Shown one piece after another: positions 8,469 to 20,186 of a DNA stretch of 40,296 nt (position 1 is the first letter of the stretch; every line of letters begins with the position of its first letter). The DNA lies in assembly GCA_040902005.1 (NCBI GenBank), contig JBBDYA010000023.1, positions 2,140-42,435 on the forward strand, read 5' to 3'. The stretch comes from Gemmatimonadaceae bacterium (GTDB taxonomy: Bacteria; Gemmatimonadota; Gemmatimonadetes; Gemmatimonadales; Gemmatimonadaceae). The notes below the pieces were generated by a model. It was not told the DNA's origin and did not search any database. It saw nothing but the letters and a program-made list of their open reading frames with translations. Both the position numbers and the translations under genes were made by a program.

Positions 8469-9269
8469 GTGTTCAGCACGGATGAGATCGTGATTCGTGA
8501 CCTGGCGACGCAGGCCGAGTATGCGGCGTGTGTCGAACTGCAGCGCGACACGTGGGGACGCAACTTCCGGGAGACCGTTCCGCCGAGCATGCTGCTCGTG
8601 GCGCAGAAGGTCGGCGGCGTCGCCGCCGGCGCCTTCGATCGCGCCGGCACGCTGCTGGGCTTCGTCTTCGGCATCACCGGTGTGCGGCGCGGTGAGATCG
8701 TGCACTGGTCCGACATGCTGGCCGTGCGAGCCAGCGCGCAGGGGCGGGGCATCGGCCGCCGGCTCAAGGAATTCCAGCGCGCGGCGGTCGCCAGCGTGGG
8801 CGCGCGGGCCATCCTGTGGACGTACGATCCGCTCGTGGCCCGGAGCGCGCATCTCAATTTCAACGTGCTGGGCGTGCGCGCCACCGAGTACGTTCCGGAC
8901 ATGTACGGAAGCAACACCGGAAGCGACCTGCATGGCGGCGGAACCGACCGCCTGGTGGTGGAGTGGTCGGTGGCAGAGGCCGAGCTGGCCGCACGACAGC
9001 GGGAGATCGTGGCCGCGCGGACCTCCACGGACCTTGTGAACGCGCCGGTCGTGGAAGCGGAAACCGAAGCGCTCATCGGAACCGCGCGCCACCTTCGCAT
9101 CCCCATCCCGAACGACGTCGCCTCCGAGGCCCACCTGGCTGACGACTACCGGGCAAGAACCCGCCTCGCCCTCACCGCCGCCATGGACGCCGGATACCGC
9201 ATCGACGGCTTCATGCCAGACCCAGGAGCGAATCGATCCTACTACCTGCTACAGGTGCAGGCGAAATGA
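8469..9269 (+). CDS. GNAT-family acyltransferase, probable D-amino-acid N-succinyltransferase
   Basis: SDMLAV, QGRGIGRRLKEFQR, WTYDPL, YVPDMYG, TDRLVVEW; adjacent to NSAR/OSBS and M20 genes. Confidence 0.8.
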   Translation: MFSTDEIVIRDLATQAEYAACVELQRDTWGRNFRETVPPSMLLVAQKVGGVAAGAFDRAGTLLGFVFGITGVRRGEIVHWSDMLAVRASAQGRGIGRRLKEFQRAAVASVGARAILWTYDPLVARSAHLNFNVLGVRATEYVPDMYGSNTGSDLHGGGTDRLVVEWSVAEAELAARQREIVAARTSTDLVNAPVVEAETEALIGTARHLRIPIPNDVASEAHLADDYRARTRLALTAAMDAGYRIDGFMPDPGANRSYYLLQVQAK

Positions 9270-9330
9270 ACTCTCCAGGTGTGCAGGCGTACCAGGTACA
9301 GGCGAGATGAACTCTCCAGGTGTGCAGGCG
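9252..9330 (+). repeat. Direct duplication, 38-nt unit, period 41
   Basis: caggtgcaggcgaaatgaactctccaggtgtgcaggcg (9252-9289) and caggtacaggcgagatgaactctccaggtgtgcaggcg (9293-9330); 2 mismatches. Confidence 0.9.
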
Positions 9331-9364
9331 GACCGGCGCGCGCAGCGCGCCGCCGAGTACGTAC

Positions 9365-9389
9365 CCGCCGGGCACGAAGTGCCCGGCGG
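9365..9389. repeat. Perfect 11-bp hairpin with GAA loop
   Basis: ccgccgggcac-gaa-gtgcccggcgg. Confidence 0.85.
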
Positions 9390-9439
9390 CCGAGAACCCT
9401 CCAGCGGCCGAGAACCCTCCAGCGGCCGAGAACGTCCCA
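9386..9439 (+). repeat. Three tandem 18-nt repeats
   Basis: gcggccgagaaccctcca x2, then gcggccgagaacgtccca. Confidence 0.9.
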
Positions 9440-9440
9440 G

Positions 9441-10574
9441 GTGATTCACCTCGACCGCATCACCCTCCGCGAAATCCGCCTCGAGCTGCGCGAGCCATTC
9501 CGCATCTCGTCCGGCGAGGTCCACGAGCGGCGCATCCTGCTGCTCGAACTCCACACCGCAGACGGCGTCTCCGAGTGGGCGGAGTGCGTCGCCGGGGAAT
9601 CGCCGCACTATAGCTACGAGACCATCGACACGGCCTGGCTGGCGATTCGCGAGTGGCTCGCGCCGCGCCTGCTGGGCAAGGTGGTGGGCACGCCGGAGGC
9701 GGTTCACGAAATCCTCGAACGGAACGTGTGCGGACACAACATGGCCAAGGCCGCGCTGGAGATGGGCTGCTGGGCGATTGCCGCGCGGCAGGGAGGCGTG
9801 TCGCTGGCCGAGCTGATCGGCGGCGACCGCGATCGCGTGGCGACGGGAATCTCGATCGGCATCCAGCGCACTCCTGCGCGGCTCGCGGAGCGCGCGCGCC
9901 GCGCGTTCGAGGAGGGTTACCGCAAGATCAAGGTGAAGATCCAGCCCACGGCCGACGTGGAGTACATCGCGGCGGTCCGCGCGGCGCTTCCGGCGGACAC
10001 CGACCTCATGGCCGACGCGAATTCCGCCTACACGCTGGAGGACGCGGACCACCTCGCCTCCATGGACCAGTTCGGCCTGATCATGATCGAGCAACCGCTG
10101 GGGCGCGATGATCTCGTGCGTCATGCGGAACTCCAGCGATTGATCCGCACCCCAGTGTGCCTGGATGAGTCCATCACCGACCTCGCGCGCTGTGAGGACA
10201 TGATCGCGCTGCGAAGCGGCCGGATCGTGAATATCAAACCCGGGCGCGTGGGCGGGTTCACCGTCGCGAAACGGATCCACGATCTGTGCGCGCAGTACCA
10301 GGTGCCCGTCTGGTGCGGTGGCATGCTCGAAAGCGGGATCGGACGCGCATACAACGTAGCCCTCGCGTCCCTTCCCAACTTCACCTTGCCGGGCGATCTC
10401 TCACCCAGTGCGCGCTACTGGGAGCGCGACGTCGTGACGCCGGAGTGGACCATGGACGCGAATGGAATGGTGCGGGTGCCCCGCGGCACGCCCGGCATCG
10501 GGGTGGAGGTGGATCGCGATCGCATCGATGCGCTGACCGCGCGTCGTGAGGACCTGCGGGCGCCGCGCGCATGA
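9441..10574 (+). CDS. menC: N-succinylamino-acid racemase / o-succinylbenzoate synthase (NSAR/OSBS, enolase superfamily)
   Basis: GTG 9441 (MIHLDRITLREIRLELREPFRIS); KIKVK, DAN, IEQP, LDES, NIKPGRVGG, WCGGMLE, LPGDLS. Confidence 0.9.
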   Translation: MIHLDRITLREIRLELREPFRISSGEVHERRILLLELHTADGVSEWAECVAGESPHYSYETIDTAWLAIREWLAPRLLGKVVGTPEAVHEILERNVCGHNMAKAALEMGCWAIAARQGGVSLAELIGGDRDRVATGISIGIQRTPARLAERARRAFEEGYRKIKVKIQPTADVEYIAAVRAALPADTDLMADANSAYTLEDADHLASMDQFGLIMIEQPLGRDDLVRHAELQRLIRTPVCLDESITDLARCEDMIALRSGRIVNIKPGRVGGFTVAKRIHDLCAQYQVPVWCGGMLESGIGRAYNVALASLPNFTLPGDLSPSARYWERDVVTPEWTMDANGMVRVPRGTPGIGVEVDRDRIDALTARREDLRAPRA

Positions 10575-11758
10575 CGGCCGCCCAGGCACGCGCGGACGCG
10601 GTGATCGAATCGCTGCCGCTTCCGCTGCGGGAACGGCTCGCGGATCTGCGGCGTTCGATTCACCAGGAACCGGAGCTGGCGTTCAGGGAATCGCGGACGG
10701 CGGAGAAGCTGGAAGTCGCGCTGCGGGACCTGGGCGTCTCCGACTTCCGGCGTGTTGCCGGCACCGGCATCGTGGCGCGCATCAAGGGGTCCCGACCGGG
10801 AGCGCCCGTCGTCGCGATCCGCGGCGATATCGACGCGTTGCCCATCATGGAAGAGACCGGGTTGCCCTTCGCCTCCCGAGTGGACGGCGCGATGCACGCG
10901 TGCGGGCATGACGTGCACGCCACCTGGGCCGTGGGAGCCGCGGCCCTGTTGGCGCAGCGTCCCGCCGCCGGCGACGCCCTGATCATTCTCCAGCCCGCGG
11001 AGGAGATTGGGCGCGGCGCGGCAGCGATGCTCGAGGCCGGTGCGCTGGACGGAGCGACCGCGATTTTCGGCGCGCACGTGGACCGGCGATTCGAACTGGG
11101 CCAGGTCGTGGCAGACCTCGGCCCGCTGGCCGCCTCCGCGGACACGTTCGAGATCGAGCTGCTGGGCCAGGGCGCGCATGCGGCGCGCCCGCACGAGGCG
11201 CGCGATCCCATCGTGGGCGCGGCGGCCCTGATCACCGCGATCCAGACCATCGTGGCCCGCCTGCTCAATCCGGCCACACCCGGTGTGGTGACCGTAGGCC
11301 AGGTGTCGGCCGGAAACGCACCGAACGTCATTCCCGACCGGGCGACGCTCTCGGGGACAATTCGCGCCGTCGACCCTGAATCGCGCTGGCTCATGCAGGA
11401 CGAGCTGCGCCGGCTGGCCGAGTCCGTGGGTGCCGCGCACGGACTCAGCGCGCGGGTGAGCATGCCCGAGGGCACCCCGCCGCTCGTCAACGTCGAGCCC
11501 GCGGTGTCGCAGGCGCGCGCGGCCGTGACGAGCGTCGTTGGCGCAGACGCGCTGGTCCCGCTCGGCTTTCTCAATCTCGCGGGAGAGGACTTCGCCTATT
11601 ACCTGGAGCGGATGCCCGGGTGCTTCCTGCGCATCGGCGCGCGCGAGCCCGGCGGCAGCCCGATTCCGGCCCATTCACCAAAGTTCTATGCGGCGGAGGA
11701 GAGCATCTTTATCGGAGCGGCCGTGCTGGCCGAGTGCGCTCGCGTCGCTTCCGCCTAG
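10571..11758 (+). CDS. M20D amidohydrolase, probable N-succinyl-L-amino-acid desuccinylase
   Basis: RGDIDALP, MHACGHDVH, QPAEE, GAHAARPH, GEDF, AHSPKF; ATGA overlap with menC. Confidence 0.88.
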   Translation: MTAAQARADAVIESLPLPLRERLADLRRSIHQEPELAFRESRTAEKLEVALRDLGVSDFRRVAGTGIVARIKGSRPGAPVVAIRGDIDALPIMEETGLPFASRVDGAMHACGHDVHATWAVGAAALLAQRPAAGDALIILQPAEEIGRGAAAMLEAGALDGATAIFGAHVDRRFELGQVVADLGPLAASADTFEIELLGQGAHAARPHEARDPIVGAAALITAIQTIVARLLNPATPGVVTVGQVSAGNAPNVIPDRATLSGTIRAVDPESRWLMQDELRRLAESVGAAHGLSARVSMPEGTPPLVNVEPAVSQARAAVTSVVGADALVPLGFLNLAGEDFAYYLERMPGCFLRIGAREPGGSPIPAHSPKFYAAEESIFIGAAVLAECARVASA

Positions 11759-11799
11759 GGAACCTCTGAAGAATGCCCGGATCACTTACTTTTCCCCAC

Positions 11800-12297
11800 A
11801 TGCAGCGAATCGCCATGCTATGCGCGGCCCTCATCGCCACGGCCGCATGCAACACCGACATCACCGGTCTGGAACCGCCGAGCGATCCCGCGGCGGACAC
11901 GTTCGCGCCGTCCCTGGGCGTGAGCGTCTCCACCATGACCAAGACCGCTTCTGGCCTCTACTTCCAGGACGTCGTGATCGGAACGGGCCCGGAGGTGACC
12001 ACTGCGACCGACTCGGTCAGGGTGACGTACGCGGGGTATCTCATTGACGGCAAGCTGTTCGACTCCGGCTCCAACACCACGTTCCAGCTAGGTCTGTTGA
12101 TCCAGGGATTTCGCGAAGGCATGATCGGCATGAAGGAGGGTGGGATTCGCAAGCTCGTGATCCCATCAGCGCTGGGGTACGCGAACGTGACGCAGCGGGA
12201 TCTCGAGGGCAGGATCACGATTCCGCGCCAGTCCACCCTGGTGTTCGATGTAGACGTCAGGAGAGTGCACAATCCACCCCCGCCGGAAACGCCGTAG
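11800..12297 (+). CDS. FKBP-type peptidyl-prolyl isomerase, lipoprotein
   Basis: Lipobox TAA-C; TASGLY, YAGYLIDGKLFDS, LIQGFREG, GGIRKLVIPSALGY, IPRQSTLVFDV. Start placed at ATG 11800 from the -10-like hexamer upstream. Confidence 0.9.
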   Translation: MQRIAMLCAALIATAACNTDITGLEPPSDPAADTFAPSLGVSVSTMTKTASGLYFQDVVIGTGPEVTTATDSVRVTYAGYLIDGKLFDSGSNTTFQLGLLIQGFREGMIGMKEGGIRKLVIPSALGYANVTQRDLEGRITIPRQSTLVFDVDVRRVHNPPPPETP

Positions 12298-12323
12298 CAC
12301 CTTTCCCACCAACCGGACTTCTC

Positions 12324-13913
12324 ATGCGACGCCTTCTTGCACTCGCCGCGCTGGCATTCGTCTGCGGCCGCGATCTTTCCGCGCAGGCCTTCGCTACAAA
12401 CGATCCCGTGTTGCGCCGGCTCTGGACGCTGGGCATGGATAGCTCGCAGACCTGGCCGCTGATGCAGGCGCTGCTCGATTCCGTGGGCCCGCGTCTCACG
12501 GGATCGCCGGGGCAGGCGGCGGGGAACGAGTGGCTGCTGGCGAAGTACAGGTCGTGGGGGATACCGGCGCGCGCCGAACGCTACGGCACCTGGATGGGCT
12601 GGCGGCGCGGCGTGACGCATGTGGACCTCGTCCAGCCGCGCGTGCGGTCGCTCGAGGCCATGATGCTGGCCTGGAGTCCGGGCACGCCGCGCGGCGCCCC
12701 GGTGGAAGCGGCTGTCGTCACCCTGCCGGACGCGCAGACCGCCGCGGAGTTCGACGCATGGCTTCCGCAGGTGCGAGGCAAGTTCGTGATGGTGTCGTTC
12801 GCGCAGCCCACCTGCCGTCCCGACGCCAGCTGGCGCGAATTTGCGCCGGATACGGGGATGGTCAGCCGCATGCGAGCACAGCGGACAGCCGCGCAGCAGG
12901 CGTGGGGGCGCCGTGTGATGCGCGCCACGGGTGACACTACCCTTGCCGCGGCCAACCGGGCGCTCCCCGCGCGGCTCGCGGCGGCCGGTGCTCGCGGGCT
13001 GTTCACGCACCAGTGGTCGAACGGGTGGGGGGTGGACAAGATCTTCAACGCGCGCCCCGGCCAGACGATTCCGAGCATCAACCTCAGCTGCGAAGACTAT
13101 GGCCTGGTGTTCCGCCTCGCCGAGAACCGTCAGGGACCCGTGGTGCGCGTGCAGGCGGAGTCGCAGAACCTGGGCGAGGTGCCGGTGTTCAACGTCATCG
13201 GCGAGATTCGCGGGTCCGAGAAGCCCGACGAGTACGTGATGCTCTCGGCCCACTTCGATTCCTGGGACGGGTCCAGCGGGGCCACGGACAACGGGACGGG
13301 CACGGTCACGATGCTCGAGGCCATGCGCATCCTGAAGGCCGCGTATCCCCATCCCCGGCGCACGATCGTCGTCGGTCACTGGAGCGGGGAGGAGCAGGGG
13401 CTCGTTGGCTCGCGCGCGTTCGCCGCGGACCATCCGGAAATTGTCTCCGGATTGCAGGCGCTGTTCAACCAGGACAACGGCACTGGTCGCGTGGTGAACA
13501 TCTCGGCGTCCGGACTGGTGGACGCTACCGGGAGTCTGGCGTCGTGGCTGTCGCGCGTGCCGCGCGACATCACGCGTCACATCAATTTCGGATTCGTCGG
13601 CTCGCCCGCCGGTGGCGGGTCGGACCACGCGTCGTTTGGCTGTCACGGCGCGCCGGGGTTTGGCCTCGGCTCCCTCAGCTGGGAGTACGGCACATATACA
13701 TGGCACACCAACCGCGACACGTTCGACAAGATCGTGTTCGACGAGGTGAAGAACAATGTCGTGCTCGCCGCGATGCTGGTGTACCTGGCGTCGGAGGATC
13801 CCGAGACGGTCTCGAGGACGCGCGCGAACCTGTTCAATCCGTTCACCGGACGCCCGGGACAATGGCCGGCGTGCCAGGTGCCACCACGCAACTCGGCGGA
13901 TTGGCAGCGCTAG
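12324..13913 (+). CDS. Secreted M28 metallopeptidase with PA domain
   Basis: Signal peptide ending LSA-Q; GPRLTGS, SAHFDSWD, GATDNGTG, GEEQG, GSDH, WHTNRD. Confidence 0.9.
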   Translation: MRRLLALAALAFVCGRDLSAQAFATNDPVLRRLWTLGMDSSQTWPLMQALLDSVGPRLTGSPGQAAGNEWLLAKYRSWGIPARAERYGTWMGWRRGVTHVDLVQPRVRSLEAMMLAWSPGTPRGAPVEAAVVTLPDAQTAAEFDAWLPQVRGKFVMVSFAQPTCRPDASWREFAPDTGMVSRMRAQRTAAQQAWGRRVMRATGDTTLAAANRALPARLAAAGARGLFTHQWSNGWGVDKIFNARPGQTIPSINLSCEDYGLVFRLAENRQGPVVRVQAESQNLGEVPVFNVIGEIRGSEKPDEYVMLSAHFDSWDGSSGATDNGTGTVTMLEAMRILKAAYPHPRRTIVVGHWSGEEQGLVGSRAFAADHPEIVSGLQALFNQDNGTGRVVNISASGLVDATGSLASWLSRVPRDITRHINFGFVGSPAGGGSDHASFGCHGAPGFGLGSLSWEYGTYTWHTNRDTFDKIVFDEVKNNVVLAAMLVYLASEDPETVSRTRANLFNPFTGRPGQWPACQVPPRNSADWQR

Positions 13914-13943
13914 GAGTTCTCGGCCGGCCAAGAACTTTCGAGC

Positions 13944-15914
<1,971 letters not shown>

Positions 15915-15930
15915 GGCGGGGGTGGGTTGA

Positions 15931-17145
<1,215 letters not shown>

Positions 17146-17154
17146 CGGTGACGA

Positions 17155-18345
17155 ATGCCCATCTACCACACGCTGGGTAAGATCCCCAGAAAGCGACACA
17201 TCGCCTTCCGCAAGCCGGACGGCGGCATCTACAATGAAGAACTCGTGGGTCACGAAGGCTTCACCGGCACCTCGTCGCTGCTGTACCACGTCCATCCGCC
17301 CACCACGGTGAAGTCCGTCCGCCGGCTGAAGGAAACGTGCTACGAGCCCGACCCGGACAAGACGCTCAGGCATCGCCACTTTCTCACGTCCAGGGCAAAG
17401 CGCGGCGGCAGCGCCACGCTCGATCGAATTCCGATGCTGTTCAATGCGGATATCGCGATGCTCTACGTCGAACCGTCCACGCAGGATGAGCACTTCTACC
17501 GCAACGCCCAGGGCGACGAACTGGTGTATGTCGCCAAGGGCAAGGGTGTCCTCGAGTCGTCGTACGGTGACCTGCCATACGGGGAGGGCGATTACCTGAT
17601 CATCCATCGCGGCATCCTGCACCGGTTTCGCATGGACAAGAAGGTCGATCACAAGCTGCTCGTCATGGAAAGCCGCGGACACATCCGATCGCCCAGCCGC
17701 TACCGCAATGAGTTCGGTCAGTTGAAGGAGGGTGCGCCGTACTCGGAGCGCGACATCCGCCGCCCCTCCGGCCTCGAGACCATCGACAAGAAGGGCGATT
17801 TTCCGCTCATCGTGAAGCAGTACGACGGCCTCAACGAGATCGTCCTCGACCATCATCCGATGGATGTGGTCGGCTGGGACGGGTACTTCTATCCGTGGGC
17901 GTTCAACATCGCCGACTTCGAGCCGATCGTGGGACGCGTACACCAGCCGCCTCCGGTGCACCAGACCTTCGAGGGCGATGGATTCGTGGTCTGCTCGTTC
18001 TGCCCGCGGCCATACGATTTCCATCCCGAAGCCGTTCCCGCGCCGTACAACCACAGCAACGTGGACTCGGACGAAGTGCTCTACTATGCGTCCAGCGAGT
18101 TCATGAGCCGCAAGGGAATCGAGTTCGGCAGCATCACCCACCATCCGGACGGCATTCCCCACGGTCCGCATCCGGGGCGCGCGGAGGCCTCGATCGGCGC
18201 CAAGTCCACGAACGAATTGGCTGTGATGATGGATTCGTTCCGCCCGCTGCGCGTGGCGAAGCAGGCGATGGATTTCGAGGATCCGACCTACCATCGGAGC
18301 TGGGTGGACGTGGCGTCGGGCGGATTTACGCCGCCTACGTCCTAG
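17155..18345 (+). CDS. hmgA: Homogentisate 1,2-dioxygenase
   Basis: GKIPRKRH, RNAQGDE, VVGWDG, HQPPPVHQTF, PYNHSNVDSDE, HGPHPG, ELAVMMDSF. Confidence 0.94.
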   Translation: MPIYHTLGKIPRKRHIAFRKPDGGIYNEELVGHEGFTGTSSLLYHVHPPTTVKSVRRLKETCYEPDPDKTLRHRHFLTSRAKRGGSATLDRIPMLFNADIAMLYVEPSTQDEHFYRNAQGDELVYVAKGKGVLESSYGDLPYGEGDYLIIHRGILHRFRMDKKVDHKLLVMESRGHIRSPSRYRNEFGQLKEGAPYSERDIRRPSGLETIDKKGDFPLIVKQYDGLNEIVLDHHPMDVVGWDGYFYPWAFNIADFEPIVGRVHQPPPVHQTFEGDGFVVCSFCPRPYDFHPEAVPAPYNHSNVDSDEVLYYASSEFMSRKGIEFGSITHHPDGIPHGPHPGRAEASIGAKSTNELAVMMDSFRPLRVAKQAMDFEDPTYHRSWVDVASGGFTPPTS

Positions 18346-18389
18346 AACAAAGCCTGCAACAAGACCTGACGCCGAGTTAGTTTGCCGCC

Positions 18390-19559
18390 GTGCAGAAAAC
18401 GATTCTGAGCCCGGCTGTCGCACAGGCGCTGGTGCCGTCGCTGGTGACAAGCCGTAATCCGAACGTCTGGGTCTACCGCTACCTCCACCCCAACGGGTGG
18501 AGATTCTCCATAGCCACACACGCCGAGCCGGGCTCCCGCAAGCTCTCGCTCGGCGGTTTTCGTATCGCCCCGGAAGAGCGCACCGCGGTGCCGGACTTCG
18601 ACTCCGACGTGGAGGCCATCGAGCTCGCCGGGGGAATGGAGGAGAAGGTCTACTGGTCGCGGGTGATCGGCGTCGGCGGCCCGCTCGCCCGGCGGGACAT
18701 GCAACGGATCGTCGGCGGCAAATGCGTGTTGCATCCTACGCCGGATGCGCGCGTGGGGCAGCCGCGGGATCGTGAGATCCTCGACTTCGCCATCGCCTAC
18801 CTGACGGATTGCGAGGCGACCGGCGGCATCCACGTCACCACGGGTCAGGACCTCGGGCACGGGCTGATGTCCGATGGCGCCACGCAGTCGCTGGACTACC
18901 TGAACGACGGCTTCGCCGGCAGCGTGGTCGCGGACACGTCCAGGCCAACGGGGGAGGGGAACTACCAGGTGCTGCGCGGCATGCTGCGCGCGTTCGGACT
19001 CGGACCGTCGAACGCCGTGGTGGGGCTCATCGGTGCCGGCAACATCGGAATGCACCTCATCGACCGGCTCAGCGCCGATGGCGCGACGCTGCTCGTGATG
19101 GAGATGCGTGCCGAGCGGCGCGCGGAGCTCCAGCGCGCTGGCGTGGCGGCGCAAGCTCCCGACGGCAAGGCGGATTTTCTGCGCCAGCCGATGGATGCGC
19201 TGGCGGTGAATGCGTCCGGCGGCTCCCTGTGCCACAACAGTGTGGTGGTCAGCAGCGATAATCCGCGGCTGAAGGCCATCTGCGGATCCGAGAATCTCGT
19301 CATGCCCGACCCCGCGGACGCGGAGGTGTTTCGCGCCGCGCGAAAGGCATACTGCCCCACCGCGCTCGGCGGCATGATGGGCTATCTCACCGCCGTGGAG
19401 CAGTATCTCGCGCATATCGAAGGCACTCGCTTTGACATGGAGGCCATGCTGACGGCCGCGGCGGAGCTGGAGCAGCCGGCCCACGACGCCACACGCTACC
19501 TCATCGACCACGACTTTCGCGTGGGCTTCGAGCAGGCCGTCGAGGCCGTCTGCGCGTGA
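18390..19559 (+). CDS. Divergent Glu/Leu/Phe/Val amino-acid dehydrogenase family protein
   Basis: SLGGFRI, GMEEK, VGGKCV, TGQDLG, DTSRPTG, Rossmann GAGNIG and CGSEN correspond in order to Leu/Phe dehydrogenase motifs. Confidence 0.75.
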   Translation: MQKTILSPAVAQALVPSLVTSRNPNVWVYRYLHPNGWRFSIATHAEPGSRKLSLGGFRIAPEERTAVPDFDSDVEAIELAGGMEEKVYWSRVIGVGGPLARRDMQRIVGGKCVLHPTPDARVGQPRDREILDFAIAYLTDCEATGGIHVTTGQDLGHGLMSDGATQSLDYLNDGFAGSVVADTSRPTGEGNYQVLRGMLRAFGLGPSNAVVGLIGAGNIGMHLIDRLSADGATLLVMEMRAERRAELQRAGVAAQAPDGKADFLRQPMDALAVNASGGSLCHNSVVVSSDNPRLKAICGSENLVMPDPADAEVFRAARKAYCPTALGGMMGYLTAVEQYLAHIEGTRFDMEAMLTAAAELEQPAHDATRYLIDHDFRVGFEQAVEAVCA

Positions 19560-19593
19560 AGCCACGCCCAGCGCGGGATCGCGCGCCCATGGC

Positions 19594-19632
19594 TTGACAG
19601 CAGGCGACCCACAAGTATCTTAGTACTAAGAT
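19594..19632 (+). promoter_or_regulatory. Sigma70 promoter of the marR gene with overlapping palindromic operator
   Basis: TTGACA (19594-19599), 16-nt spacer, TATCTT (19616-19621); perfect palindrome ATCTTAGTACTAAGAT (19617-19632). Confidence 0.85.
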
Positions 19633-19633
19633 T

Positions 19634-20101
19634 ATGACGCCTTCGACTGTCACTCCCCGTCCATCGGCCGCCCAGGCGCGCGCGTTGAAGCTGTACGTGG
19701 TGCTGACGCGCGCGGCGAGCGCCGTGAACGCGCGGATCGATGAGCAGACGGACCTGCATGGCCTCACGTTGACCGAGTTCGGGATCCTGGAGGCGTTGCA
19801 TCACAAGGGACGACTGCTCCTGGGCGAACTGCAGAAGAAGATCCTGCTGTCGAGCGGCGGCGTGACGTACACGGTGGATCGACTGGCGGAGAAGGGGCTC
19901 GTGAAGCGCCTGGAGTGTGATTCCGATCGCCGCGCCCGTTACGCGACGCTCACCCCAAAGGGCCAGGCGCTCATCGCGAGGGTGTTTCCGGCGCACGCGG
20001 CGTTGATCGAGCGAACGATGTCGGTGCTGTCCGTCCATGAGCAGGCCGAGGTGACCGCGCTGTTGCGGACCCTCGGAACGAGCGCCGCGCAGACCGCGTA
20101 G
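19634..20101 (+). CDS. MarR-family regulator, MhqR-like
   Basis: ALKLYVVLTRA, GLTLTEFGILEALHHKG, KILLSSGGVTYTVDRL, DRRARYATLT, FPAHA closely resemble Bacillus MhqR. Confidence 0.9.
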   Translation: MTPSTVTPRPSAAQARALKLYVVLTRAASAVNARIDEQTDLHGLTLTEFGILEALHHKGRLLLGELQKKILLSSGGVTYTVDRLAEKGLVKRLECDSDRRARYATLTPKGQALIARVFPAHAALIERTMSVLSVHEQAEVTALLRTLGTSAAQTA

Positions 20102-20143
20102 CTATGAACCCGGACAATGAAAGGCGTCGTCGTCCATCCATAT

Positions 20144-20159
20144 ATCTTAGTACTGAGAG
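20144..20159 (+). promoter_or_regulatory. Second MarR operator, upstream of yceI
   Basis: ATCTTAGTACTGAGAG matches the first palindrome at 14/16 and overlaps TATCTT (20143-20148); AAGGAG Shine-Dalgarno downstream. Confidence 0.8.
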
Positions 20160-20186
20160 ACTAACCACTAAACCAAAGGAGATACC

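Noticed and set aside
9252..9439. Repeats as a CRISPR array
   Set aside because: Units are adjacent or 3 nt apart with no unique spacers, and there are no cas genes.
9279..9440. 54-aa N-terminal extension of MenC from the track start
   Set aside because: It is translated repeat sequence; family similarity begins at GTG 9441.
9441..10574. Menaquinone biosynthesis operon
   Set aside because: No menB, D, E, F or H nearby; the GNAT and M20 neighbours point to the racemase role.
13916..13937. Small inverted repeat AGTTCT...AGAACT as a terminator
   Set aside because: Imperfect stem, weak U-tract, and only 6 nt from the next start codon; insufficient support.
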